Below are positions 25,692 through 34,525 of a DNA stretch of 64,000 nucleotides, piece by piece (position 1 is the first letter of the stretch; every line of letters starts with the position of its first letter). This stretch comes from Vicinamibacterales bacterium (GTDB taxonomy: Bacteria; Acidobacteriota; Vicinamibacteria; Vicinamibacterales; UBA2999): assembly GCA_035293405.1 (NCBI GenBank), contig DATDOE010000138.1, forward strand, positions 46,462 to 110,461, in the 5' to 3' direction. The position numbers were made by a program, and so were the translations under genes. The notes beneath the pieces are model-generated. The model had not been told where the DNA came from and searched no databases. It saw only the letters and a list, made by a program, of their open reading frames with translations.

Positions 25692-28600
25692 TCACGGAAT
25701 CGGCACCGCGTTCGTCGGTTCAATCAACGTGATGACCGGCGGTGTCGTGTCGCCCGGCGTCGGCGTCAACGGGTCGTGGCGTGTGGAATCGAGCGGAAAC
25801 GCATCCACGCCGTCGTTGAAGCCATCGCCGTCGGTGTCGGTAAGGAACGGGTCGGTGCCTACCGCGGCTTCGGCGGCGCTCGCGACTCCGTCGCCGTCCG
25901 GATCCGGATTGGCGCCGACGTCAGCGAGGTCGATCTCGACCAGATCGGTCAGGCCGTTGCCGTTGCTGTCGGCGTTCAACGGATCGGTGCCGCGTGCGAG
26001 CTCGCGCCAGGTGGGCACGCCGTCGTTGTCCTGGTCGGACGTGAGCACGGTCTGGTCGCCCGTACTGAGCCCCGCGACCTGGGTGCCATCTCCGGCGCCC
26101 CCAGGTACCGCGGCCGTGCCGCTGCCCATCGCCCACACCGACCCATCGGCGCGAAGGATCGTGGAATGCGAGAATCCGGTGTCGGCGGCGAGAGCGGTGG
26201 GCATCTGCGGCAGCAGATTCGGCGAGGCCAGCATGAACTGGCCCCACGTCCACAGTCGCCCGTCCACGTCAGTGGCGATGCCGTGGAATGGACCAGCGGC
26301 AATCGTGCGCACGCGCGCCAAGGGCTGCACGATGTGCATACCCGTGGCGGACGTCGTATGACCGATTCCGAGTTGTCCAAACTGGTTGTCACCCCACGCA
26401 CGCACGGTACCGTCCGCGAGTCGCGCCAGACCGAACGCGCGGCCGGCCGCGACATCAGCGACGCCGCTCAGATTCGCGATGCGCGTCGGGAGGCTCTTCG
26501 GCAGCGTGGTCCCGTCGGCGAGCTGGCCCGCGTTATTGACACCCCACGCCCATGCCCACCCGCCGGCAGCGCCCTCGTCCTCGACGGCGAGCGAGAAGTC
26601 CTCGCCTGCGGCCACGCGACGCACACCGCGCAGGCCGATGACCTGAACCGGCGTCGTTCTCGTCGTGGTGGTGCCGTCACCAAGCTGGCCGGCGCTGTTG
26701 TCACCCCACGCCCACACCGTGCCATCGGCTTTCACCGCCAGCTGATGGCCGTGTCCGGCGGCGACCGCCACGGCGTCGGTGAGCCCGCTGATTTGCGTGG
26801 GGGTCGGGCCGGTGCCTTCGCCCCAGCGCCACACCGTGCCGTCTTGTTTGATCGCGAGCGAGAAGTACCGGCCCGCAGCGATGACCTTCACGTCGGTCAG
26901 GACTTGCACCGGTGTCGTGTGATTCGTGCCCGTTCCATCGCCGATCTGGCCGAAATTGTTGTCGCCCCAGGCCCAGACGACTCCGCCGGCCGTGAGCACG
27001 AGACTGTGAAATTCGCCGGCCGCCACCGCACCGGTGACCGCAAAATCAGCCCGCGACACCGCACTCACGGTTTGCCCGCTGGCCCAGGCGCGCACCTTCA
27101 GCAAGCGCGAGCGATCGATCGTGAGTCCCGTGGGCGGTACTTCGGGATCGCTCGTCGTGGGATCGACGCCGGTCAGGGTGTAACGAACCGTCGCGCCGCC
27201 TGGTGCCGACACGGTCACCGCTTGCGCGGTATCGAACCATCCTCCGCGCGGCGTGATCGTCGGCCTTCCCGATTGCCCGCTCGGATCGATCGTGAACGTC
27301 GCGGTGGCCACCGCGCTCGAGGTGTAGCCGGCGAGAAGGGCGCGTGCCTTCACCGTGGTCGTGCTGGTGAGCAGCAGCGGGTGCTGATACTGCGGCGAGG
27401 TCGTCGTCGGGTCGCTGCCATCCAGCGTGTAGCGAAGCGTCGCCCCGGTCGTGGCGACCGCGAGTGTCGCCAGCGTCAAGGACGGATAACTGCCCGCCGC
27501 AGGGGTGATCGTCGGCGTTGGGACCGTCCCGGCAGAGATCCAGTAGCTGGCAAAGCCCGAATCGCTCGATGTCCAACCGGTCTTGAACGCGCGTGCCTTG
27601 ACGGTACGCGTGTCGGACACGGCGATGGCGCTCGAATACGCGGTTGAGCTCGATGTCGGCTCGGTCGAGTCCAGCGTGTAGGTGATGGACGCACCAGGCG
27701 TGGTCGTGCTGATCGACACGTTCTGCGTGGACGCGTACCAGTTGGTCCCTGGTGACAGCGCAGGCGTGACCACTTTCAGCTCGTACGTCGCGCTCGTGAT
27801 GTTGCTGATGACCGCGCCGGGCTTGAACGCTCGCGCGTTCAGGATTGTGGTCTGAGCGATACTGACTGAGCCGCCGGACGCGATCGACGTGCTGCTCTCG
27901 GTCGGGTCGTTGCCGTCGGTCGTGTACCGCACGACTGCCTCGGCGTCGGCCTCGGTAATCGTGACGTTGAACGTCGCATACGACAGACCCGAACCCACGC
28001 TGAAGACCGGTTGCGCGACCTTCCACGCCATGCCGGCGTCGGCAATCTGCACCGGTGTCCAGCGATTCGTCTGCGTGCCGTCGCCGAGCTGTCCTTCGTT
28101 GTTGCGCCCCCAGCTCCACACGGAGCCGTCGGTCCCGAGCGCGAGCGAGTGCTGCGCCCCCGCCCCGATCGCCGCGATCATCGGCAGCCCCGACACCGAG
28201 ACCGGCGTCGTGCGATTGATGCCGCTGCCGTCACCCAGCGACCCGTTGCCGTTGTTGCCCCACGCCCACACGACCCCGGAGGAATCGAGCGCGAGCGAAT
28301 GCGATTCACCAGCAGCCACCGCGACGATGTTGGTCAGGCCGGTGACGGTGATGGGTGAGGTTCGCTGCGTGAGTGTGCCGTCGCCCAGTTGGCCGCTCCC
28401 GTTGAAGCCCCACGCGCGCACGGTGCCATCGCTCAATCGTGCCAGGCCGTGCGCGCTGCCGCCCGACACGCCGGTTGCCGTCGTCATGCCGGACACCGAT
28501 CCCGGCGTGGTCCGGCTCGTCGTGTTCCCGGTGCCGAGCTGTCCGTTGCCGTTGTTGCCCCAGCTCCAGGCCGTCCCGTCCGATTTGACGGCCAGCGAGA

Positions 28601-31600
28601 ACCCGTTGGCGGCGGCGACGGCGGTCACATTCGTCAATGTCGAGACCGCGACCGCCGTCAGGCGCTGCGTCGTTGTCCCATCGCCGATCTGACCGTTGGA
28701 ATTCATGCCCCAGCCGACGAGCGTGCCGTCTGACTTGAGCGCCAATGCATAGGACACTCCGCCAGACATCGCGACCACATTCGCCAGACCGGTCGGCTGC
28801 ACGGGCACGAAGCGGGTGGTCGTGGAGTTGTCGCCGAGCTGTCCATTGCCGTTCGAGCCCCACGACCACGGCTGCTGACCGCCACCCGCGGCAAGGGAAA
28901 AGGATTGGCCACCTGCAGCGTGAGTGGCCCCTGTCACACCGCTGATGACGGTCGGCAGCACCTTACGGGTGTTGCCGCCGTTCCCGAGCTGCCCTGAGCT
29001 GCCACTGCCCCAGGCGAACATCACACCGTCGCTGCGAATCGCGAGCGAATGTTCGTAGCCCGCTGAGATGCGCGGGGTCATCGCGGCGCCCGTGACCTGA
29101 TAGGTGCCAGTGGCGACAGCGCTGGTGGTCGCGCCGGTCTTGAACGCGGCGACCTTCAGCGTGTAGTTGCCGACGTAGAGCGTGCCACCCGAGGGAACCG
29201 GCGGGTCGTTTGCGGTGGGATCGATGCCGTTGAGCGTGTACCGCAGCGTAGCGCCGGACGTCGCTGTTGACAGGGTGATGATCTGACCGGCAGCGTAGGT
29301 CCCCGACGTCGGCGACAGCGTGGGCGTCGCCACCACGATCGTGTACGCCTGCGTCGTCGTGCCGCTCGTGGTCCAGTCGATGTGGAACGCACGCGCCTTG
29401 AGCGTTTGCGTCGTGGACACCGTGACTGGTCCTGTATAGATGGGCGACGTGCCGCTGGGCGTGCTGTTATCGGTCGTGTAGCGGATGACCGCGCCGCTCA
29501 TTGCCGACATCGTCACCACGGCCTGCGAGGTGTAGGTGCCGCCAGCCGGATCGAGCGTCGGCGCCGCCAGCGTGCCGAAGTTGAACGAGTAGGTGCCCGT
29601 TCGCATCGTGCTCGGTTGCCAGTTGGCGCGGAAGCCGATCGCATTGAGCACCGTGAATGTGCCGATCGAAATTGGACCGGTGTATGCCGTTGACGCCTCG
29701 GTCGGCGTGCTCCCGTCCGTTGTATAGCGAATCGTCGCGCCCGGGCTGGTGGTCGAGATCGAGACCGACTGCGGTGTCGTGTAGGTCGATGCAATCGGAC
29801 TGAACGACGGCAGGGCCACCTGCAGCGTGTAGAGAGCGGATTGGACGTTGCTCTCTGGTTGTCCCGTCTTCCACGCCTTGGCCTTGAGTGTCCGTGTTTC
29901 GTCGATTGTGACCGTGCCACCCGACGCGATCGTCGGATCGCTTTCGGTCGGATCGGTGCCGGTGAGTGTGTAGTGAATCGTCGATCCGGACGTCAAGGCG
30001 GTGACCGTGACGACCTTCACGACGTTGTAGGTGCCGGGCGCGACGTTGAACTCCGGCGTGGCCACCTTCCAGGCGTAGGCGACCTCGCTAATCGCCACGG
30101 CGGCCGGCGGTCGCGTCGTCGTCCCGTCACCGATCTGGCCAAACAGGACCTGGCCGTGTGCCGCGGCGGACACAGTGCCTGTGCTCGTGACGAACAGCGT
30201 GTGAGCGAGGCCGCTCGCGATCTGCCATGACGGCGGATCGCCAGTGAGCGTCGCCGGGCTGGTTTGATTGCCGCTACCCGTATATCCCCATAGACGCGCA
30301 GTACCATCGAGCCGCGCGGCCAGCGAACGTTGCGTACCGGCATCGACACTGCGCACGTCAGTGATCCCGCTCACCACCGTCGGCGACGAGCGCGGCGTCA
30401 CGGTTGTGCCGTCGCCGATCTGCCCGGCACTGTTCGCGCCCCATGCCTTCAGCGTGAGGTCGGAGAGAATCACCATCGAATGCCGATCGCCGGCGGCGAT
30501 GCCGACGACGCCCGTGACGCCGGTGACGTGCACGGGGGAAGTTCGTGACGTCGTCGTGCCGTCACCGAGCTGCCCGTAAGTGTTGGTGCCCCAGGCCCAC
30601 ACGGTACCGTCACCTTTCAATACCAGGGTGTGATCGCTGCCGGCGGCAATGGCGATCACGTCGCTCAGTGACGTCACCTGGGTCGGCGTCAATTTCCGCA
30701 CGCTCGTGCCATCGCCAACCTGGCCTCCGGCACCCCATGCCCAGACGGTCCCGTCGCTCTCGAGGGCCACCGAGTGCAATCGCCCGCCAGCCACGGCGAT
30801 CACATCCGTCAACGAGCTGACGGCGACTGGCGTCGTCCGATTCGTTTGTGAGTTGTCGCCGATCTGACCTTCACTGTTATGGCCCCAGGCCATCAGGGTC
30901 CCGTTCGACGTGAGCGCGATCGTGTGGTTGTCGCCGGCCGCGACTGCGGTCACGCCGGTCGCCGTCGTGACCGCGCCCGGCACGCGTCCGTCCAGATCGG
31001 TGCCTCGCTCGCCGGAGCCGTCCGATCCCCACGTCCACACTTGCCCGCTGTCGTCTACGGCGACGGAGTGGTTGTTCCGAGCACCAATCCGCGTCGGCTC
31101 CACCGTGGTCATGAAGGACCACGAGTAGTTGGACGCGAGCGCATTGCCGGCCAAGTCCTCGACGCGCGACCCACTGCCTCCACCGGCCAGCGTCACGGTG
31201 TACGGCCGGGTCGGCAACAGCGGCGCACCGGGTGTGAACGTGGCCGTCATCGTCGGCGCGTCGTAGCTGATGCTGCCGCTGACAGCCAGATTGCGGGTGT
31301 CCTTGACGACGAATGTCGTCGAGGTCAGCGTGGCACTGTTGATCGCCTCGCTGAAGACGGCCTGAATCGACCCGGATAGAGACGCGTTGCGCACATTGGA
31401 TGTGGGCGTCGTGCCGGTGACGCTCGGGGGTGTGACATCGCTCGTCGTGAAGGTCCACGAGGCCGTCGAGGCGAGCGAGTTGCCGGCCACATCCTTGACG
31501 ACCGGCGCCGTGCCGCCGCCGCGGACGTTCACGGTGTAGGTCGCGAGCTGCGCGATCGCTGCGGCTGGAGTGAACGTCGCCGTCTTGCTCGGGTCGTCGT

Positions 31601-32495
31601 AGCTCACGACACCTGAGACCAGGGCATTGCTCGGATCGCGCAGCTCCACGGTGCTCGTGCTCACCGTGGTGGGGTTGAGAGATTCACTGAAGGTGATCGT
31701 GACGACCGACGAGGGGTGCACGTTGATGGTGCCGTTCGCCGGGACCGACTCGGTGATCGTCGGCGGCGTCAGGTCGTCGATCGACGCGCCCATGTCAACG
31801 TTGATCTGTGATTCGCTCAACGCGACGTTATAGAGGCGCACTTCGTCGAGTTTGCCGGGGAACCATTGGCTGCCCGTCGTGCTGCCGCCGATCGACAGAT
31901 CCTGCGTGGTCGCACTGATCGACCCAGACACCGATGCACTGCCGTCCTGGACACCATTGACCCAGACGAGCAGCTGCGAGCCCGTGTATGTCGCGGCGAG
32001 ATGCGTCCACGTCAGATCGGTGAGGACGGTCGCGCCGGTCACGGTGTAGGGAGTACCGCCGATCACGACCTCGATTCGGGCCTTCGAGTCGGTGGTCAGC
32101 GAGAGCGAGTACGCGACGCCGCCGGCCGCGTCCTTGCGGACCACGGGACGCGCCTGGCTGCTCACCTCCGGGCGCACCCACGCCTGGATCGTGAACGCCG
32201 ACGAGAGATCCAGCGGATTGGCGTCGGCGACCGTGACGATGTCGTCAACGCCGTCAAACGCAAGGCCTGAGCCGTATTGACCGGTGGTCCAGACTGCACC
32301 GCTCAGCGTGGCCGTGTGATCGTTCGCAGAGCGGTCGTCAGAAGTCGAGCCGGCGCCCTCGTTGAAGGACCACGCGGCCACCAGATTCGACTGGCTCGAG
32401 ACCCGTCCCGTTTGTAGAACCAGCGCAGACAGCGCTAGCCCGATACAGAGGACTTCACGCACGCCTGCGCGCGCGCCGAGCAAACGGCTCCGCAT
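25692..32495 (-). CDS. Giant secreted multidomain protein: LamG-like lectin, Ig-like domains, three RCC1-repeat propeller blocks alternating with chitobiase-C/Fn3-like arrays, C-terminal thrombospondin type-3 repeats
   Basis: 2267 aa with a signal peptide. LamG-like segment: LVAAWSFNEGAGS...LDEVRLYNVALS. At least 14 RCC1 signatures (WGxNxxGQ[LI]GDG). At least 8 repeats of the xIRYTxDGSxPT...KARAF type. TSP3-like DQDNDGVP, DPDGDGV, DTDGDGFNDGVD. Confidence 0.85.
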   Translation of the reverse strand: MRSRLLGARAGVREVLCIGLALSALVLQTGRVSSQSNLVAAWSFNEGAGSTSDDRSANDHTATLSGAVWTTGQYGSGLAFDGVDDIVTVADANPLDLSSAFTIQAWVRPEVSSQARPVVRKDAAGGVAYSLSLTTDSKARIEVVIGGTPYTVTGATVLTDLTWTHLAATYTGSQLLVWVNGVQDGSASVSGSISATTQDLSIGGSTTGSQWFPGKLDEVRLYNVALSESQINVDMGASIDDLTPPTITESVPANGTINVHPSSVVTITFSESLNPTTVSTSTVELRDPSNALVSGVVSYDDPSKTATFTPAAAIAQLATYTVNVRGGGTAPVVKDVAGNSLASTASWTFTTSDVTPPSVTGTTPTSNVRNASLSGSIQAVFSEAINSATLTSTTFVVKDTRNLAVSGSISYDAPTMTATFTPGAPLLPTRPYTVTLAGGGSGSRVEDLAGNALASNYSWSFMTTVEPTRIGARNNHSVAVDDSGQVWTWGSDGSGERGTDLDGRVPGAVTTATGVTAVAAGDNHTIALTSNGTLMAWGHNSEGQIGDNSQTNRTTPVAVSSLTDVIAVAGGRLHSVALESDGTVWAWGAGGQVGDGTSVRKLTPTQVTSLSDVIAIAAGSDHTLVLKGDGTVWAWGTNTYGQLGDGTTTSRTSPVHVTGVTGVVGIAAGDRHSMVILSDLTLKAWGANSAGQIGDGTTVTPRSSPTVVSGITDVRSVDAGTQRSLAARLDGTARLWGYTGSGNQTSPATLTGDPPSWQIASGLAHTLFVTSTGTVSAAAHGQVLFGQIGDGTTTRPPAAVAISEVAYAWKVATPEFNVAPGTYNVVKVVTVTALTSGSTIHYTLTGTDPTESDPTIASGGTVTIDETRTLKAKAWKTGQPESNVQSALYTLQVALPSFSPIASTYTTPQSVSISTTSPGATIRYTTDGSTPTEASTAYTGPISIGTFTVLNAIGFRANWQPSTMRTGTYSFNFGTLAAPTLDPAGGTYTSQAVVTMSAMSGAVIRYTTDNSTPSGTSPIYTGPVTVSTTQTLKARAFHIDWTTSGTTTQAYTIVVATPTLSPTSGTYAAGQIITLSTATSGATLRYTLNGIDPTANDPPVPSGGTLYVGNYTLKVAAFKTGATTSAVATGTYQVTGAAMTPRISAGYEHSLAIRSDGVMFAWGSGSSGQLGNGGNTRKVLPTVISGVTGATHAAGGQSFSLAAGGGQQPWSWGSNGNGQLGDNSTTTRFVPVQPTGLANVVAMSGGVSYALALKSDGTLVGWGMNSNGQIGDGTTTQRLTAVAVSTLTNVTAVAAANGFSLAVKSDGTAWSWGNNGNGQLGTGNTTSRTTPGSVSGMTTATGVSGGSAHGLARLSDGTVRAWGFNGSGQLGDGTLTQRTSPITVTGLTNIVAVAAGESHSLALDSSGVVWAWGNNGNGSLGDGSGINRTTPVSVSGLPMIAAIGAGAQHSLALGTDGSVWSWGRNNEGQLGDGTQTNRWTPVQIADAGMAWKVAQPVFSVGSGLSYATFNVTITEADAEAVVRYTTDGNDPTESSTSIASGGSVSIAQTTILNARAFKPGAVISNITSATYELKVVTPALSPGTNWYASTQNVSISTTTPGASITYTLDSTEPTSSSTAYSSAIAVSDTRTVKARAFKTGWTSSDSGFASYWISAGTVPTPTITPAAGSYPSLTLATLAVATTGATLRYTLDGSDPTTTSPQYQHPLLLTSTTTVKARALLAGYTSSAVATATFTIDPSGQSGRPTITPRGGWFDTAQAVTVSAPGGATVRYTLTGVDPTTSDPEVPPTGLTIDRSRLLKVRAWASGQTVSAVSRADFAVTGAVAAGEFHSLVLTAGGVVWAWGDNNFGQIGDGTGTNHTTPVQVLTDVKVIAAGRYFSLAIKQDGTVWRWGEGTGPTPTQISGLTDAVAVAAGHGHQLAVKADGTVWAWGDNSAGQLGDGTTTTRTTPVQVIGLRGVRRVAAGEDFSLAVEDEGAAGGWAWAWGVNNAGQLADGTTLPKSLPTRIANLSGVADVAAGRAFGLARLADGTVRAWGDNQFGQLGIGHTTSATGMHIVQPLARVRTIAAGPFHGIATDVDGRLWTWGQFMLASPNLLPQMPTALAADTGFSHSTILRADGSVWAMGSGTAAVPGGAGDGTQVAGLSTGDQTVLTSDQDNDGVPTWRELARGTDPLNADSNGNGLTDLVEIDLADVGANPDPDGDGVASAAEAAVGTDPFLTDTDGDGFNDGVDAFPLDSTRHDPLTPTPGDTTPPVITLIEPTNAVPIP

Positions 32496-32599
32496 GAATC
32501 CGCTCCAGACTGGGACGTGCGTGTGTGCGCTGGGAAGAGCGCGTTAACCTTGAACGCAAGGACGGCGGGAATCAAGGGAGTGTGTACCCAAAATCGCGC

Positions 32600-32818
32600 T
32601 CATTGCGTTTTTCTGTGCACGCGCGGCGTCGGTGACACGGCACGAACAACAGGGTGTGACGTCGAGTGCGTCGCACGCGCCTGATGCGTCGTGATCAGGC
32701 GTCTCACCACGTTCGACATCGTCTCGCCGCGCGCAGCCGCTTCCTGCCGGAGGCTGGCGTACTCGGATCGCGACAGCCACAGGTGCACCTGGTGCTGGCG
32801 CGATCGTCGGACATTCAT
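32600..32818 (-). CDS. Small ribbon-helix-helix (CopG/MobC-like) protein, tentative
   Basis: 72 aa. VHLWLSRSEYASLRQEAAARGETMSNVVRRLI fits a beta-strand/helix/helix RHH pattern. It lies upstream of the giant gene on the same strand. Weak call. Confidence 0.35.
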   Translation of the reverse strand: MNVRRSRQHQVHLWLSRSEYASLRQEAAARGETMSNVVRRLITTHQARATHSTSHPVVRAVSPTPRVHRKTQ

Positions 32819-33321
32819 CGCCCGCTCTGGTCGTTCATCTCGGATATTGGGACGTCGGAGGGACGTACGCCCTCAAAGGTGAGTTAACGTCTGCACCGGA
32901 CGCTTCGAACACGACACGGCTGAGTTGGACGATGAAGCCGTGAAAGATGATCCGCACGTCGGCACATGGTGCAACCGCCGTGCCCGCAGTGATTGCGACG
33001 GAAATATCAGAATCGGCTCCCGCCGACTACGGAGCCGTTGCGGTTCTTGCCTACCTGCGAAGCTCTCGACTGATCAGATTCTTCGATCCCAACCAACCAT
33101 GTCGCCTGGCCGGCTCGCGCAGTCTTGTCGCGCTGTCCGGCGGCCTGCTTCAGCGGCGGGGCTCTGTGATCACTCGGGGCTGGTCACATCAAACAGCGCC
33201 GCGGATTTCGTGGGGGCATTACGGGGGGCAACTCGGCTTTCGTGCGGATTTCTCGATTCTGGAGGATCGCGATCGTGAGAGAGCGTTAGATTTCGGCCTG
33301 ATCTGAAAACCCTGTCAAGAG

Positions 33322-33342
33322 CGAGTCCCCCCTTCCGCACCA
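33322..33342 (+). repeat. 21-nt direct repeat, copy 2 (cgagtccccccttccgcacca)
   Basis: Exact match to 19598-19618. The flanking bases differ on both sides (t/g upstream, c/g downstream). Confidence 0.9.
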
Positions 33343-33462
33343 GATTTAAGTAGTGCCCGGTCTCACGCGCTGGTCCGAGCAGACATTCGATTTGGACCGG
33401 CCATGCCCATGCCACAGGAAATTCGCTACAGGGTTTATCGGAAGGGTGCTGCCTGACGCGCG

Positions 33463-34419
33463 CTACTTCTTGACGAACTTCACCAGCGCGCCGTTGACCG
33501 AGTCGGCGACGTACAGCTCGTCCTTCGGGCTGACAGCGATGAAGTGGGCCTCGCCGAATTCCCCCGGTCCCGTTCCCGGCCTACCAAGCGCGCCGAGGAC
33601 CTTGCCAGTCAAATCCATCCTCACCACCTGGCCGGCAAAACCATTGACCATGTAGATGTACTCGCGACCGATATCGATGCTGCATGGCAGCCCGGCATAC
33701 TTCATCTCCCTCACGAATGTGCCGCTGGCATCGAACACCTGAATCCTCTGGTTCTCACGATCGGTCACCCAGAGCAACCCCTTGGCGTCGATGGCGATGC
33801 CGTGCGCGACCTGGAACTGCCCGGGGCCCGTGCCCTTCCCTCCCCATGACGTGATGAACCGGCCAGTCTTGTCGAACTTCAGCACGCGTGCGTCGCCGCC
33901 TGGGCCGGGCGTGTGCCCCTGCGCGACGAAGACGTCACCGTTGCGCGCGATGGCGACATCGTTCGGCTGGTTCAGTCTGCGGGACCCCGCGGTCTCGTTC
34001 CACTCCCCGGCTTCGCCCTTCGTACCGAGCGTCAGCAGTACCTGCCCCGCGGGGTTGAGCTTGACGACGATGTGTCCACCGACGTCAGTCGCCCACAGGT
34101 TCCCGTCGCCATCGATGCGCAGCCCGTGCGAGCGGGTGAACCGGTCACCGAAGGCGCGGACGAACGCGCCGCTCGGGTCGAACTCGAACAGCGCCTGAGC
34201 CCCGCGCGTGAGGACGAACAGATGCCCTTTAGCGTCGAATGCGACGCTCGCGGTGGCCCCCATCGTGGTACCGGCAGGCACCGTCACCGCGGGTACAGGG
34301 ACGTAGTCCAATGCGGGAGCGGTCTCCGGAATCAGCAGGGCGGGGTCTGATGGCCGCTGTGCGGCAACGACAGACGCACCAAACAGGAACAGGGCGAATC
34401 CGGCGGCGGTCTTCTGCAT
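33463..34419 (-). CDS. NHL-repeat six-bladed beta-propeller protein (peptidylglycine-lyase-like), secreted
   Basis: 318 aa with a signal peptide. Repeated NHL-type motifs (GHLFVLTRG, GNLWATDVGGHIVVKLNP, PNDVAIARNGDVFVAQG, AHGIAIDAKGLLWVTDRENQRIQVFD, ELYVADSVNGALVKF). Confidence 0.8.
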   Translation of the reverse strand: MQKTAAGFALFLFGASVVAAQRPSDPALLIPETAPALDYVPVPAVTVPAGTTMGATASVAFDAKGHLFVLTRGAQALFEFDPSGAFVRAFGDRFTRSHGLRIDGDGNLWATDVGGHIVVKLNPAGQVLLTLGTKGEAGEWNETAGSRRLNQPNDVAIARNGDVFVAQGHTPGPGGDARVLKFDKTGRFITSWGGKGTGPGQFQVAHGIAIDAKGLLWVTDRENQRIQVFDASGTFVREMKYAGLPCSIDIGREYIYMVNGFAGQVVRMDLTGKVLGALGRPGTGPGEFGEAHFIAVSPKDELYVADSVNGALVKFVKK

Positions 34420-34454
34420 GTGTGCGTCCTCTGCGTGAGCCAGTGCGAAGTCTA

Positions 34455-34486
34455 CTACCGGCTACCGGCTACCGGCTACCGGCTAC
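34455..34486. repeat. Heptamer array (CTACCGG) x4.5
   Basis: ctaccggctaccggctaccggctaccggctac, in the divergent intergenic region between the NHL gene start and ORF 34526. Confidence 0.85.
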
Positions 34487-34525
34487 ACGCTGGCGTCTCC
34501 AAGCTACCAGCTAGAATGAAGCCCC

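Noticed and set aside
32925-33415. ORFs 32925-33278(+), 32947-33306(+) and 33170-33415(-), considered as integrase or excisionase remnants of the island.
   Set aside because: The translations show no tyrosine- or serine-recombinase motifs and no recognisable family, and the ORFs overlap one another. They are left unannotated.
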